Shown in pieces: positions 35,621 through 49,600 of a stretch of 64,000 nucleotides of DNA. Positions within the stretch are counted from its first letter, which is position 1. Every line of letters starts with the position of its first letter. Source of the DNA: Balanoglossus misakiensis (taxonomy: Eukaryota > Animalia > Hemichordata); assembly GCA_040954595.2 (NCBI GenBank), contig JBECUI020000024.1, forward strand, positions 558,001 through 622,000, in the 5' to 3' direction. The notes under the pieces are model-generated. The model made no database searches. It saw only the letters and a program-made list of their open reading frames with translations, and had not been told where the DNA came from. Made by a program: the position numbers and the translations under genes.

Positions 35621-37115
35621 GGTCCTGTTTCATAAGTCAGGTCCATGACATATGTACCGACATCTGTGATTGGTCCATCTGGTAATCTTAGGTCCACTTG
35701 AGGCACGGTGATTGGAGGGACCTTATGTGTTAGGTCTTATTATTATGTATTATTCACTAGACCTTGTAGGTTAGGTCTTATTACTATGTATTATTCACTT
35801 TACAGCTCCCTGATTGGTTAATGTGTAGGTCTGGTCCTCCAGTGTTCACTGCCTCATTATGCAGGACCTTGTAGGTTAGGTCTTATTAACATGCATTTAT
35901 TCAATTGTCAGCTCCCTGATTGGTTAATGTGTAGGTCTCCAATTTTCACTGCCTCGTTATGCAAAGTCTTTTGTACTTTCTGAATACAGTTGTTGTATTC
36001 TGTCTGGCATGCTGCCTGCGCGTTGTCGAAGCTCGATCCCAGTGTATAAAGAAAGGCACTCATATAATGATTGGATTTAACATTTCCTTCACTATTCATG
36101 GCATTTTTTTGTGATACTGTGAACTAGATACTCGAAATAAAAATTGCCAGGAGAATTTTTTTATGTTATTTCCAGTGGCGGTTTGTTGAAATGGGCTAGT
36201 GTTTTGTTACGTAATGCTTTTCAGCGCATCACTTCGTGTAACACCTGGCTGAATACGAAGTGTGTGCTATTCATTCGAGCAAACCAAAAATATCTTACAA
36301 TAGAACTGTTTAGAATAGCATTGCATTTCTTTAATTGGGATACCTCATTAGTTGCTTTACAGGTATGATTACTTTTATTGTACTTCTTTCACGAAGCTGC
36401 ACCGTCATAGTTCCATTTTTATGAAAACAATATACGAATGTATAAACGGACAACGTACTCCTTTTCACAACATCTACGTCAAAACAAATTTACTTTAAAA
36501 TAGTAAAACAACAATAATAATATTGATGATGAGAAGTAGGAGGGTGATTTAAGAAAATATACAACTGTTAGCAAAAATGCTTAGATGTGTTAATCAGATT
36601 TTCAAAGTCCATCTAAAAATCATTTAATCTTTCCAGGGTGCAGTTTATGTTGGAGATAGTATCAGTCAGGCTATTTCTCAGAAAATTAATGAATGATCTG
36701 CGGACATACCGAATAATGTGTTACCACAACGCTAGCCAGGAAGCACATGGGACATTTCACAATGAGGCAGTGAACACTGGGAGACCAGACTGACACGTTA
36801 ACCAATCAGGGAGCTGTATGGTGAATAAATACATATTAATATGACCTAACCTACAAGGTCCTGTATTATGAGGCAGTGAACACATGGGGGACCAGACTGA
36901 CACGTTAACCAATCAGGGAGCTGTAAAGCGAAAAATGCATAGTAATAAGACCTAACCTACAAGGTCTAGTGAATAATACATAATAATAAGACCTAACCTA
37001 CAAGGTCCCTCCAATCAGCGTGCCGCAAGTGGACCTAAGAGAAGCGGATAAACCAATCATAACATGCAAAACATGTGTATAGGACGTGTAATGTAGGTCA
37101 TTTTGAAACAGGACT
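35621..37115. mobile_element. 1.5-kb non-autonomous TIR element with long subterminal inverted repeats
   Basis: Ends ggtcctgtttca / tgaaacaggact. IR 35687-35960 vs 36758-37039. Flanks aac/aat. Empty site in the paralogous arm at ~56030. Confidence 0.78.
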
Positions 37116-38214
37116 AATGTGACCATGGACGTTACCACATTAGACTCTGTATTGTAAGTTTCTGAAGAATCGCAAAAAATCATCAACAGTCTACATGTAC
37201 TTCAACCTTGTGAGAAGTACTGTATAACACACAGGATATACTAGTCACTGTTGGTCAGGTTATTACACACTGTGGTCCCATCAGGGGATTACACAAAATT
37301 AGGTATGTCTGTGTTCATGGGAAAAATCATGTGACATTGGCAAGCAGATATGACCTACTGTAAGAACATTTCAAAGGAACCAGACAAGTATTTTAGGGAA
37401 AACAACATTCAACAATGACAAAAACTGCCTCAAACCACATCTATCCAACTATCAACAAATTGTATAATATCTACTTCAATCACCACGCCTCCCAAAGTTG
37501 AAAGCAATCTGACTAGTAGTTTCAAAGAATACAAATTGCAAAAATTGCCCCAAGACCACAATATGTAATTTTCACCAAAATGATATACAACATTACTTGG
37601 GTTACCTCTTGGAACAAGCATACCAAAATTTAAAAGCAATCTAAGGAGTTTCTCAGAAAATGAATTTTGACCAAAAATGACAGATTACAAATTCTGCGAC
37701 AATTTAAACAAAACCAACTAAGATCACCTACCGGAAGTGTCATACTAAATTCTAAAGAAATCAGCCAATCTCTTTAAGAGGAAAAGATTTTTTTTCAAAT
37801 GGTAAAACAAGACAAAATAATTGCATAAAAAATAGACAATTCACGATATAAACTCAAAGTATATCAGGTATGATGACATTACCTACATGCATACAAATGT
37901 TCAAAGCAGTCTAACCAGTTGTTGAGTTTTGATCAATTCCACATATTTCACAGGTTATTTGCGTATTTTTGCAATGACAACTTCATTTAAGCAAAATCCC
38001 ATCTACACACCAAAATAAAAAAAGCGTGGTTTCATGTTTTGGATCAGGGCAGACATACATCCATATATACATGTAACATGCATACACACATGTACACACA
38101 CACACAAACACATGCATACATGGCTGCATACATACATACATACATACATACATACATACATACAGAGGGAAACGGTCTGGTAATCAATGTTGTGACACTA
38201 GCATTAGGCCTTAA

Positions 38215-38654
38215 ACCCCGGTGCGGAAAGTACTGGGGTTCGGATTAACGTGTGTTTGTACAGTTGTTTATTTGGGAGTGGTCGTCGTGCATAATAACTG
38301 TGTAATTGATCTCATGTACATAGAAAATAATTGAACACTTTACACCTCTGTGCGATTGACAGCTGTTTGAATGGCGTGGTTATTGTTTCCCAGGGATGCT
38401 TCTGAAAAGCACTGAAACCAGATTTCTCCCAAAATCATCGTTGTTTCAAAAGCTCGTGTACTTTTTCATCGATAACTTTATGTTGTGTGTGTTTATAAAG
38501 CCAACCACTGTCGTTGTGTGGTGTAATTCTTTATGCTTGGATCTGTTTGGGCCGATTTTCATAGAGCCAAGATCGTTGGTGTTGTCTGTTGTCAGTCAAA
38601 CGGCATTAAGATTCGCCACTGATTTGGGGGGTCTTTTATACCACGCATCGGGGT
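38215..38654. mobile_element. 440-bp MITE with TTAA TSD
   Basis: ttaa|accccggtgcg ... cgcatcggggt|ttaa. Single TTAA at the paralogous empty site (~54917-54920). Confidence 0.82.
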
Positions 38655-41354
38655 TTAATGTTTATCAATTTATATCATATGAAGTTTTATGTATTCATAA
38701 TTATTCAGAGAAGCAAATTTTTAAAAATGTGAAATTGTTATCAATCGGATGTGCACTGACAGCATGCTTATATGGAATACAGGTACTCTAACACAATCAG
38801 TCATAACACTTTTGAATCATCAATAAATAACATATAGAATAATTTTACAGGATTTAATTATTTATATTTGAACGCAAAGCGTAAATTCCCTTGTGCCATG
38901 GAATTCACAATCTGCAACTGGTGGGGTCCTTCTGCCAGTAAGAAGCATCAGATAAATTCTGCATGCTCATCACCGAGGCAATTTAGGTGTACTTTTGTAC
39001 TTTGAGAACTGTCGGTTTTCGCAACTGAAACTCTGCTCACAGGACGGAGGAAAAACTAGAATGACAACAGCTATGTAAGCTAACAAAAGAAACACAGAGC
39101 ATAGTTCTCCATACTCATATTTTAATGCAATAATTTTTGCTGAAATTGGGGCGTCCGTGGGCAGGCAAAGGCAGTTCTAACTCAACTTGCAAATCAGGCC
39201 CATGTCTCTTGTTCCCTGAGACTGTCTGGTTCTAATAATAGCTGTAAGAACATAATCGTTGACCAAAGGGTTGGTTCAATTTTGCAACATTTTATGATTT
39301 CAAGCTGTGCAATATTTGCAACTCTGTTTCAACTTTGGTTGGAGGGATGATGATGAAGCCATTTCACTGACAAAATAGCACTACTAACTGACATCCATAT
39401 TTGTTTACAGTCAAATGCATTGCCATCAGAAAAATGCATACGAAACAATTCTTATGTGAATAATACACACTTTCTTGCACAACTGCAAACTCTGTCACAT
39501 TTGTGAAATTTTAAGGAAATTCATTCATTGGGTAGCTTTATGAATTCTTAAACAAACTTAGTCATGAAACCTAAATGGTTACCTTACACATCTGGCGGCT
39601 CGACTTCTGTGATATGATAGTCTTCAATTAATGTGTATGTGATTCCATACAAATCCATATGATTACCTGAACGTACAAAATAAATAAAAAATAAAAAATA
39701 AATTAAAAATAAATAAGTATCTCATACATATGCATAAGTGCTTGTGATAAATATATCCTGTATTTAAATAAACCTGTCATTTATTGACCTCGTTTTCCTA
39801 TTAACCCAAAGGACTAGATTGCACTGTAATATTATTACAGCTTCATTTTAATGCAACAGGTACACTACATCATATTGGAGCAAATATGCCAGCTCAACAT
39901 TGATATAAAGAGTGTCAAAATATTGGTGGCTACAAAAGCTTGTGTCCCTTCAATCCATCCTCGCACTCAGGTGAAAACGAACGTCATTAGTTTTTGGGAA
40001 AAAACCTCTGAAATCAATTTCGGTGAGGCCAAATGTGTTTCAAAGGCAAACCGTTTCTGGTAAACAAATCAATGGCAAATAATTACTTCGGCGACATACC
40101 AATCAGTCAACATGGCTGCCTAATCGTTGGATAGCCCGGTTTCATCTCGCGATCATTCTGTCTTCCGATATGGCGTTGCATGGTTAAATTCGTCTCTTCT
40201 TTGCCGACATAGTCAGGCGACAGCGGTCGAGAAGCATAGGCAGCGACGCCATCTTGTTTACAATGTGAAGTATCGACTGCGCATGCTCAATAATTTTCCG
40301 CGTTTTTTTTTTTGCCAACGGCGCGCGCGCGGTGTCTGGTATAGAGAAAATAACATGCAAGTGCGCGATTATTCATTTGTAAAAAATCAGTTATACATTT
40401 GTCATCAACGTTTGAAAACTTTCAATGATCTTACCTCGGTAAGCATTTCAAATAGGTACATTTTTATTTAGAACCATCGTATGTGGAAAATAATAAAACA
40501 CAGAGTGGGGATTGGCCCTATGTTTGACTTGATCATACCCAGCTCGGTTTGCGTTTTGTCATTGACGAGGGTGTCAGACTTTTGCTGAGAGAGTGAGTTT
40601 CTATAGCGTAAACGTTTATCGACTGGACTTTCTGTGCGCCAACAATTACATTATTTTTGGCCGGGGAACACGTGCAACTTTTGATGACTGTTTTTCTAGC
40701 GCCGTGTTTTTATCTTACGACCTAGAATACCTGCTTTCGTCACCATGGTCTGCTCTGCACGTACTATGCTTTCCAGTTTATGTAGCTTGAAGTTGTACCA
40801 CATTTTGGTTTCCGAGCTGTAGCGAACATAAAACCGAAACTAATAGCTACGTGTTGACCGCAGCGACTGCGTGTTTTTTTGTTGTATTCCCAACCTACAG
40901 TTTATTCTCATGCAGCTCAGACTGAGGTCGCTTCTAAGAGAAAAAACAACAACATATTTTGGCTGCTGCCAGACCAGGAATGGAAAATCTTGAGTGGCGC
41001 TGGGCTGCAATTCTCTGTAGGACTGTAGTTGTATTGTGCAAGGGTTCGCCAGCATCGCCTTCAGACTTGTTGTCATAGTCACTGGTGGCGGTTTGTCCTG
41101 CACTACTCGTCGTTCTATTTGATGTGGTGGTATTATTCCCAGATGTCTGTGCCGAGGATCCTGCCCGTTTTCCGATTCTCTTCGTTTTGTCGGCCATTTG
41201 CTTCACTTTTTCTGTCATTGTTGCGACGTCAGTCTCTGTTGTTGTTCGAAGGAGGCGAAAGTCCATTCACCATTAATAGCCGAATTTCCAAGATCGTCCG
41301 TTAATTACAATGCGACGTCACGCTACCATGTCCTAAGAAAGACTACAGGGCACA

Positions 41355-41520
41355 TTTTTTTATCTCGTGCGCACGACTTACGTGTGCATGTGATATTTTC
41401 TCGTGAACACGAGTGCGCGCGCAATTTTCTCGTGCGCACGAGATATGCACGAGATAGCATGTTTCTCGTGCACACGAGAAAACATCTCGCTGGAACAAGA
41501 TACTATCTCTTGCACAAGAA
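41355..41520. repeat. Cluster of short palindromic ctcgtgcgcacga repeats
   Basis: About 5 imperfect copies of tctcgtg(c/a)(g/a)cacgag. Confidence 0.6.
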
Positions 41521-44019
41521 ATAGAATAACTGGCAGCCACTATGATGTCTGCCACAGGCAAATTTAAATATTCCACTCTGGATCTTCTTTCAGCCCTTCG
41601 GAAAACATGAGCATTTATGAAATCCGGCTCTCAATTTTTCGAGAAGTTCCAGCAGTTGTGGTGTCGCCAAAAACGAATGTATGCCATTCCTGGCGGAAAA
41701 AAATATGCAAGAGACGCTTGCAATACACTGCCATCTACCTGACCGCCCTACATGCCTTAATGTAAGGTAGAAGGTCGGGCGGTAGGAAGAGTTCACCAAA
41801 AGAGGGCGCATTTTATCATCCATTGATTTATACTGTGTACGAGCAGAGAAGCCTCAGTGTTTGCGGTTAGAACCGTATCGGTAAGACAAAGACAGAAGAG
41901 TTGACAGACAACAAACTTATTCAGTTTATATCATATAATTCTTACTGTAAAACGATCCCTGAATAAAGCCTTGTGCTCATAAGAACATTGAAGATTGTCG
42001 CATACAGACCGACACCCTTTTATCTATTGTAGGTATTGAATAGAACGCTAAATACCTGTGTATTTCTTATTCATTATGCAATGATGTAACACAACAAGTT
42101 TCGGACAGTGTGAAGAAAGGGCCAAAGCACTCTTGCAAGTTAGTGTTGTGTACTCTTTTCCAACACTGCTGCAAGCTGTTCAGCAACTGATGCTGCTTGT
42201 ATCTCCGATGACAAATGGACAGTCTGTGTGCTGTCAAAGTAAATCCATCAATTTTGCGGAGCTGAAAGGAAAATGACAGCTTGTCAAACTCAAATCTGCC
42301 AGACGAAATAGGGAAAGAAATGCATAACAGGTAATCCACCATAGTATGAATTTTAGCCAGCATCCTATGAAATGCGGTGAAACGGAACTGCAATTAATTT
42401 TAAATGAATTCTGCTCAAATTGTTTTGTTAGTTCTCAACATTGGATTGGAACCGTTAAATATATTGTACCGTATAACATTATCATACAGGTTAGTATGTC
42501 AAATATTTTTCCATTTGGCATTTTCTTCTTGAGGTCATTTCAACAGTATGCACACCACAGTTTGTGAGATATGGACAGAAACAAACAGGAATCTATGCAA
42601 TGTTATAATAGTATATTATTGTTAACAAGAAAGCGGCAACTCTCTGCCTGGCAGAGAATAATGATAGTCTTTTTGAAAAAAAGGGCGTGCTGAGGATATG
42701 GTCAGTCAAAAACATACATGTATAAGGTATGCCTGAACTAATTTTTAATATGGTGTACATAAATATTTATGCATTGTCACAATGACTGGAGGTCTTTAAA
42801 TGACCAAGCTGTATGGACACCTCATTCAATGTTACATATATTTGTTATTACATGTTTTATTGAAATTGCCAGTTGTCTGTTTTAATTCTGGCAGTTCTGC
42901 TGTGTCTTTTGTCTTGCCCTGACAGAATGCAGTAATATTTGCAGTACAAGAGGAGTGTCAGTAAATAGTGGAGCAATATCTTTCTACGAATGTACTCATG
43001 CATTGCTCCAAAGTGAAGTACATTCGCAAAACCAGTTTGGGAAATCGGGACTCTTTTCAAGATAATACCACATTTTTGTGGATGTCACATGACATGGAAA
43101 CACTCTAGAATCACGATTGAGATAAGGTTTCGGTTTGATATACCACTTCCTTGTTATTTCAATCTGTATGTTTTCTTAACCCCCTCCCTCGAAAAAAGGT
43201 AATTGAGGTAATTGTAAAATTACCTGAAAACAAACAGGCTACTCTAGCCTCCTTTTTATGAGGTTTGTGATGTAACATATTTTGAATTTCGTGAATCGAT
43301 CAAAAGTTTCCGTGCACTAACTATCAAAACTATACCAAAAAATAATTTGGGCAATTCATAAGGAGAATCTAGTGGGTCAGCGGCTATAGAACTGACGTAA
43401 GTGTAAGTATCAGAGGATTGTGGATACGAGGCTGGGAAGAGCAAAACTCGAACACTCATGAAATCTACACGTGACGCCAAATTCTTTGTAATATGAACAG
43501 TGGAAAACTGCCATGCCATCCCTCTAAGTGCAAACTTCCAAAGATTTCAATCTGGTGATATTTAAAAAAAATATTTTATTCAAATTCATGTGGTGATATT
43601 TAAAAAAAATATTTTATTCAAATTCATGTTATAAATTAAACTTGCATCTATGATATAGAAATGACTCTGTCTTATATAACAAAAATACAAATAACTTGGT
43701 TAGATGACCAAAGATTTCCCATCTCGAAAAGTTTCTACCAAAATGACTAACTCCAAATCTGCTAAGAGAGCCCTAGCAAATTTAATCACTGCACATTACT
43801 CTCGATAAAACGAAATATTGCGCATTCATTTTGTCCTTGAATTGAAATGCATGGCCAGTGTTCATAGACTTCACACACACAGGATGTTTAAGGAGTTGAA
43901 TTGTTATTGACAGCGACCAGGTCGGTAGATTCTATAGGATGAAGAAAAAATGAAAAGACAGTCAGTACATAGCTAAATTCTCCTATACAAGGGCGTCTTC
44001 AATTGGTACAGTGACTGAC

Positions 44020-44095
44020 TGAATGGATGAATGAATGAATGAATGAATGAATGAATGAATGAATGAATGAATGAATGAATGAATGAATGATGAAC
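44020..44095. repeat. (GAAT)n microsatellite
   Basis: Visible tetranucleotide run. Confidence 0.92.
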
Positions 44096-44963
44096 GGATG
44101 AGTCGTAATAATATGCTTCAATCATAGGGGCTTTGAAAATTATTAAAATAAAATAAAAAATAATGTACTCACAACCGACATTTATACAACAGACAGCTCA
44201 AGAAACTCCTCCATGTGTACAATACTTTGCCAATTTAGTGACAACATCAGCTTGCAGAGCACGTGAGCACCGCTTTCGCCAGCCTGTGGTGCCCGCATAT
44301 CTTTTTTGTTCAGCAGTAACATGCACGACACATGCAGAGACACAAACGTCCATGTTGCAAATTGTAGATGAAAGCATCAGCTGCGCTGGTTTTATGGTCA
44401 GCATCACTGGCTGTTACATGAAAACTGTTTGTCACATACCTTAACCAACATATACGTGTATCTGTATGGAAAGAAAGTAGGCTCACCCCCGGTACAGTAT
44501 TATTTTATTTTGCATGCACGCAATGGCCTGAATTTGCTAAACTGGGATCATCTGCGCGCATTTCAAAACGTGCTCGTTGCTTAACTTCGCGTGCTTTACT
44601 ACTCACAATTATTCCACTTGTGAACGAACACGTCACCCAATTTTACAGTGTAGCCATGTGGAAAACTGGTGACAAGGTAATATTTCATTCGAAGATCAAC
44701 CTACGTTCAGAAAGTTTGCATTGTGGTGAATTCTCACTGCTCTCGCAATGCGGTCTGTGGCTCACTGCCGCAAATAAATTCTGTACGTCACAGTTCGTAG
44801 GTCGCATAGGTCGTGGAGTTAATCCATTATACATTGCGGCTTACAATTTCTCGTTACCCTCTTATCATGCAGCTTGTGTGTTACTGACCACTGACGCATG
44901 TCAAAACACTCAATATTTTTTTTAAATTTGCAAAATCTTTCATTTTAAAGTTGTGATACTCAC

Positions 44964-45114
44964 TGCAGATAGCATTCTTTTCAGTAGGAACTATTTCTGC
45001 TGCCATTTCAATATTGTCTTTATTCCATGTAAATATATTTCCTCCAATTGAACAGTCCCCCGCCACAGCTGCAACCTCTTCTGCAGTCAGAACTTTTGAC
45101 CACATGTATGTCAT
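44964..45114 (-). pseudogene. Truncated pentraxin-domain C-terminal exon
   Basis: YMWSKVLTAEEVAAVAGDCSIGGNIFTWNKDNIE...NAIC a|gtgagt matches the pentraxin WD.VL..EEI......C...GNI..W pattern. The upstream part is replaced by repeat DNA. Confidence 0.65.
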
Positions 45115-45807
45115 TTAGTCAAGACAATTTGGGAGAACTGTAGTTTAAAGCCTCCAAAGCTGCCACTTTTAGCATTATTTTCATGATTTTATTTTCCAAC
45201 TTAAATTGGTTCATCAAAATAAGCTTACTGATAGGTATACATAAACATCTTATCGATGCCCGATTGTGACTGCATGTTGCAATTGGAACATGCTATGTAT
45301 TAAAACGGTGCCTCACCGATTTAATCAGCCTTCATACAAACAATAGCAGCTAAGCAGCTATCGTGAAATGCGACGCCAAGTTATGACAAACCAATGCAAA
45401 TGCAAGTAATATGGCTCAATGGTCACGGGTGAAGATTTTAGGGAATAGGGAATATACATATGAAGTATTTTACTCTGGAAAAAAATATGCCAATTTTAGC
45501 AGCTATAGGGTTTTTAAAGCGCGGGCGAAGTATGAACAGATGCAGTAAATATCGATACATTGTATTTTGGAGGTTTCTCATAACCATGATTGGTTGGCTA
45601 ATTATGCGGCGTTTTCTAAATAAAAGGAACAATATTAATTTATTGTTGGGGCTCATCTCCGTTAACATCTTGCCGTCTCTGCTGAGTGTTGGCCTCTTCC
45701 AGCGGCACGTGTTTGTCCTTTAGGGCATGCTGTAAAATATTTAGAATAGCGCTGCCATTTGATCAAAGGATAAGCTGGCTTCGCGTGTTAGGGATGTGTG
45801 TCTGACG

Positions 45808-46541
45808 TGTGACGATATTCTGTGATATAGCATAATTGTATGTACTTGTAATTGTCTCTCTAGAGTTTACGCCCTCGGTGGTGAGATTTAGTATATTGAA
45901 TACGTGTGTTTTAGTAGCTTGAGGAGTCTTGAGGACCACCTGGTCTGACTACTTCCTAGGGGATTTGATAGGATGGCAGCCATAGCGTTTGACGTGTATG
46001 ATTTTGGATCCATAGACATCCTCCAACCATGTGAGTTTTGACTATCACTTTTCATCTCAACCTGTGGTATATTTTAATAACCCAGCACACTACACTGAAT
46101 TGATGTCGAGATGTTCTGAAATTGGGCGTTTAGCCGTACGGAACTTTGATCTGTCAATGGACATTGCTGGTGTGGAATGAATGTGCGGTGACGTCTCGGT
46201 GTACTTTGGCAAGTGCACGAAGAGTATCTGCGTCGCGGTCAAGTCGGACAGGAGGAAGACCTGGATGAATTACCAGACTCCACATGCATGCCAACGAGGA
46301 CGATGTTTGTCGGACTTTATTTATTAGATTTAAGTTAAGTTAAGATAAGTTAAGATTGTAACGGATTATTTTCATAAGTTTGACCACGTGGCGTTTTGAT
46401 TGTCATGTCTGTATATGGTATTTTGATGTACGGGTAATATTTTCATGATTAGTAATTAAATCCCCAGGTGGAATATATTTTCGTAGATTTGATCGTTCGA
46501 TTCGATTTGTCTAGTTCACGTATAGCCGTCGATGCGTGACA
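45808..46541 (+). repeat. 5' LTR
   Basis: tgtgacgatattc...gatgcgtgaca. I count 3 substitutions relative to the 3' LTR. Confidence 0.96.
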
Positions 46542-46558
46542 TGGGGGCTCGTCCGGGA
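46542..46558 (+). promoter_or_regulatory. Primer-binding site, tRNA-Pro
   Basis: tgggggctcgtccggga directly after the LTR, same as the MLV tRNA-Pro PBS. Confidence 0.92.
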
Positions 46559-46633
46559 GTTTTAACCGTAGTATTAGTTACGTAGTATAGATTGTGGTAT
46601 AGATTTATTTTTGAGTATAAATATAGAAGAAAC

Positions 46634-49600
46634 ATGGATATCGCAGAATTTATTGAGTCACCATCCCTTGCCGGATTGGAAGCATGTAAAAAGGTGGATT
46701 TAATTGAGATTGCAAACAAACTTGAGCTCAGCGTGAAAACTTCCATGCGTAAAGATGAAATTAAGCGTATCATTGTTGCATTTCTGGTCGATGAGGATAA
46801 ATTGCCACTAGATGCTTTAATTCAGTATCCTGAAATTGAAGAAAAGTCGACAAATGCTGATTTGCGTCTGATGGAATTAAAAATGGAATTTGAATTGAAG
46901 GAGAAATTGAAATTAAAAGAAATTGAAATGCAGGAAAAATTGAAATTAAAAGAATTCGAAATTAGAGTAAAAGAAATTGAAACTGCGGAAAAGATGAAAA
47001 TAAAAGAAATGGAAATGAGAAATAATCTTGAGAGAGAGTCAATGGGTCTTCGACCAGATGTAAGAAATGAAGAGAGTTATTTTGATTTGGGAAAACAGAT
47101 ACGCTTAGTACCTCAATTTAATGAGGATGATATAGATAAATATTTCCAACATTTTGAGCGTGTCGCCAATAGTTTGAAATGGCCTAAGGATAAGTGGCCT
47201 TTGTTGTTGCAAAGTGTTTTGAAAGGTAAAGCTCAAGAAGCATACTCGAATTTGTCCCCTGATGAGTATGTCGATTATGAGGCAGTTAAAACTGCTATTT
47301 TGAAAGCGTATGAGTTGGTGCCGGAGGCATATCGACAGAAATTTAGAAATTTGCAGAAGTCGAGTCGTACTCATGTTGAATTTGCCCATTTGAAAGAGGT
47401 GTATTTTGACCGATGGTGCCGTGCTAAAGATGTTGGAAACGATTTTGATAAATTGAAACAGTTAATTTTGATTGAAGAATTTAAGAGTTGCGTGCATGAT
47501 GAAATCAAAACATATTTAGATGAAAGAGATATTGAGTCATTGCATAAAGCTGCCACAATGTCTGATGATTTTGCATTGACACATAAACTTTCTTCTTACA
47601 GAGGTAAAGACCATGGACCGGGTAGGGCAACAGCGTCAGCGACTGTCGCCAATGCTGGAGGGTATAAACCAAATTATTCAAAACCTCCCATTCAGGTAAA
47701 TCGTACAAGTGGATCAAATTTTAATCATCAGAATAAATTGAGAATTGGCTCGAGCCCTCCCATATGCCATTATTGTAAGAAACCGGGGCACGTAATGTCG
47801 TCATGTCCTACGTTTCCTCAGTGTTCATATTGCCAAAAGAGGGGACACACAAGAAATGAATGTTTGCTTTTGAAACGGGCACAGCAAAATGTAGCGTCGC
47901 CTAATGCTTTTGTGTCTGCTTGTCCAAAAGTTGTTTCGGAAGCTTTATCAAGTCGTATTGATGAAATTAGAAAACCCGTAATTAGAAAGGAATTTCAGCC
48001 CTTTGTTACAGATGGGTTTGTGTCAGTTGTTGGGGGAAAACCTATGCCCATTCGGATCTTGCGGGACTCAGGTGCAACCCAGTCTTTGCTGTTAGAAGGA
48101 ATTTTGCCTGTTGATTCTGGGACGGATACTGGGGAGCAAGTTATTATACAAGGTATTGAGGGAAATTTCCTTACGGTACCTCTTCATCGAGTAGTCCTTG
48201 ATTCAAGTTCGGTGTCTGGTCCTGTAGTGGTGGGGATTCGACCGTCATTGCCGATTAAAGGTATATCTTTGTTGCTAGGCAATGATTTGGCCGGAGGTCG
48301 GGTCATTGCTGATCCTAAAGTGGTGTTTGGTCCAGTTACGTCTGCCGAAACCGAAAAGCTGGAGAATGACATTCCCGGTATTTTTCCTGCTTGTGCCGTA
48401 ACACGTTCTCAGGTCAAGCACATGAACAAAGAAGCGCATAATTTAGAATCGATGTCTGATGATCTTGATTTGTCTGAGACTTTTATGGGAAAGTTGATTT
48501 CGAATGTTGTAGACGATGAAAGTTTATTGAAAGTTGATGATAATGTTTCGAAAACGTCAGTCGATAAAGTTGATTCGAAAATGTCGCTGTCTCGTGAGAA
48601 ATTGATATCAGAACAGAGTAAAGATTCCGATCTTGCTCCACTGTTTGAAGTGGTTTTGTCTGTCGATGAGTTGAAAAAGGTTCCAAGGGGTTACTTTGTG
48701 AATCAGGGAGTACTGATGAGAAAATGGCGTCCTCCCACTGAGCCTGCGTCGAATGAATGGTCGGTATTGTACCAAATTGTTGTTCCTGAAAGTTATCGAT
48801 CTCAGATTTTGGGATTGGCCCATGAGGGTCCAATGGGTGGACACTTGGGTGTTTCCAAGACTATGTGGAAAATTACTCGACATTTCTATTGGCCAAAAAT
48901 TAGAAAGAGCGTTGCTGATTATTGCAGAAATTGTCATGTTTGTCAGTTGGTCGGAAAACCTAATCAATCTGTTCCTGTCGCTCCGTTGAAACCCATCCCT
49001 GCCTTCGATGAACCGTTTAGTAAGATTCTGATTGATTGTGTAGGGCCTCTGCCAAAAACTAGATCTAGGAATCAGTATTTGCTGACTATTATGTGTATGT
49101 CTACGCGTTTTCCTGAGGCGATTCCACTTCGGAACATAACGGCTCCAGTGATTGCCGGAGCACTGTCACGTTTCTTTGCATGGGTTGGATTTCCACGAGA
49201 GATTCAATCTGACCAGGCAACTAATTTTATGTCTGGGTTATTTCAGCAGCTAGTTTATCACATGGGGATAAATCAGGTTAAATCCAGTGCGTATCATCCA
49301 GAGTCGCAGGGGGCTTTAGAGAGGTTCCATTCTACCTTGAAAAATATGATTCGAGTGTATTGTTTCAACAATGACAAGGATTGGGACGAAGGGGTGCATT
49401 TGTTGCTTTTTGCAGTTCGAGAGTCTGTTCAGGAGTCGTTGGGGTTTAGTCCATTTGAATTGATATTCGGCCATCGAGTGCGCGGTCCTCTTAAATTGCT
49501 GAAGGAACAATGGCTTGACGACAGTCCATCGGGTATGACCTTGTTGAAGTATGTGTCCACATTTAAATCCAGACTCAGTGAGGCATGTGAACTTGCTCGA

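Larger units (their letters stand above)
30365..40291 (+). repeat. Left arm of giant inverted duplication
   Basis: Collinear reverse-complement matches: 30365-30500/63870-63995, 30700-30840/63460-63590, 31670-31840/62970-63135, 33700-35620/56030-57960, 37116-38210/54920-56030, 39560-40291/53076-54040. Confidence 0.9.

Noticed and set aside
43553-43629. 38-bp tandem duplication (similar short duplication at 14011-14088)
   Set aside because: Ordinary slippage duplication.
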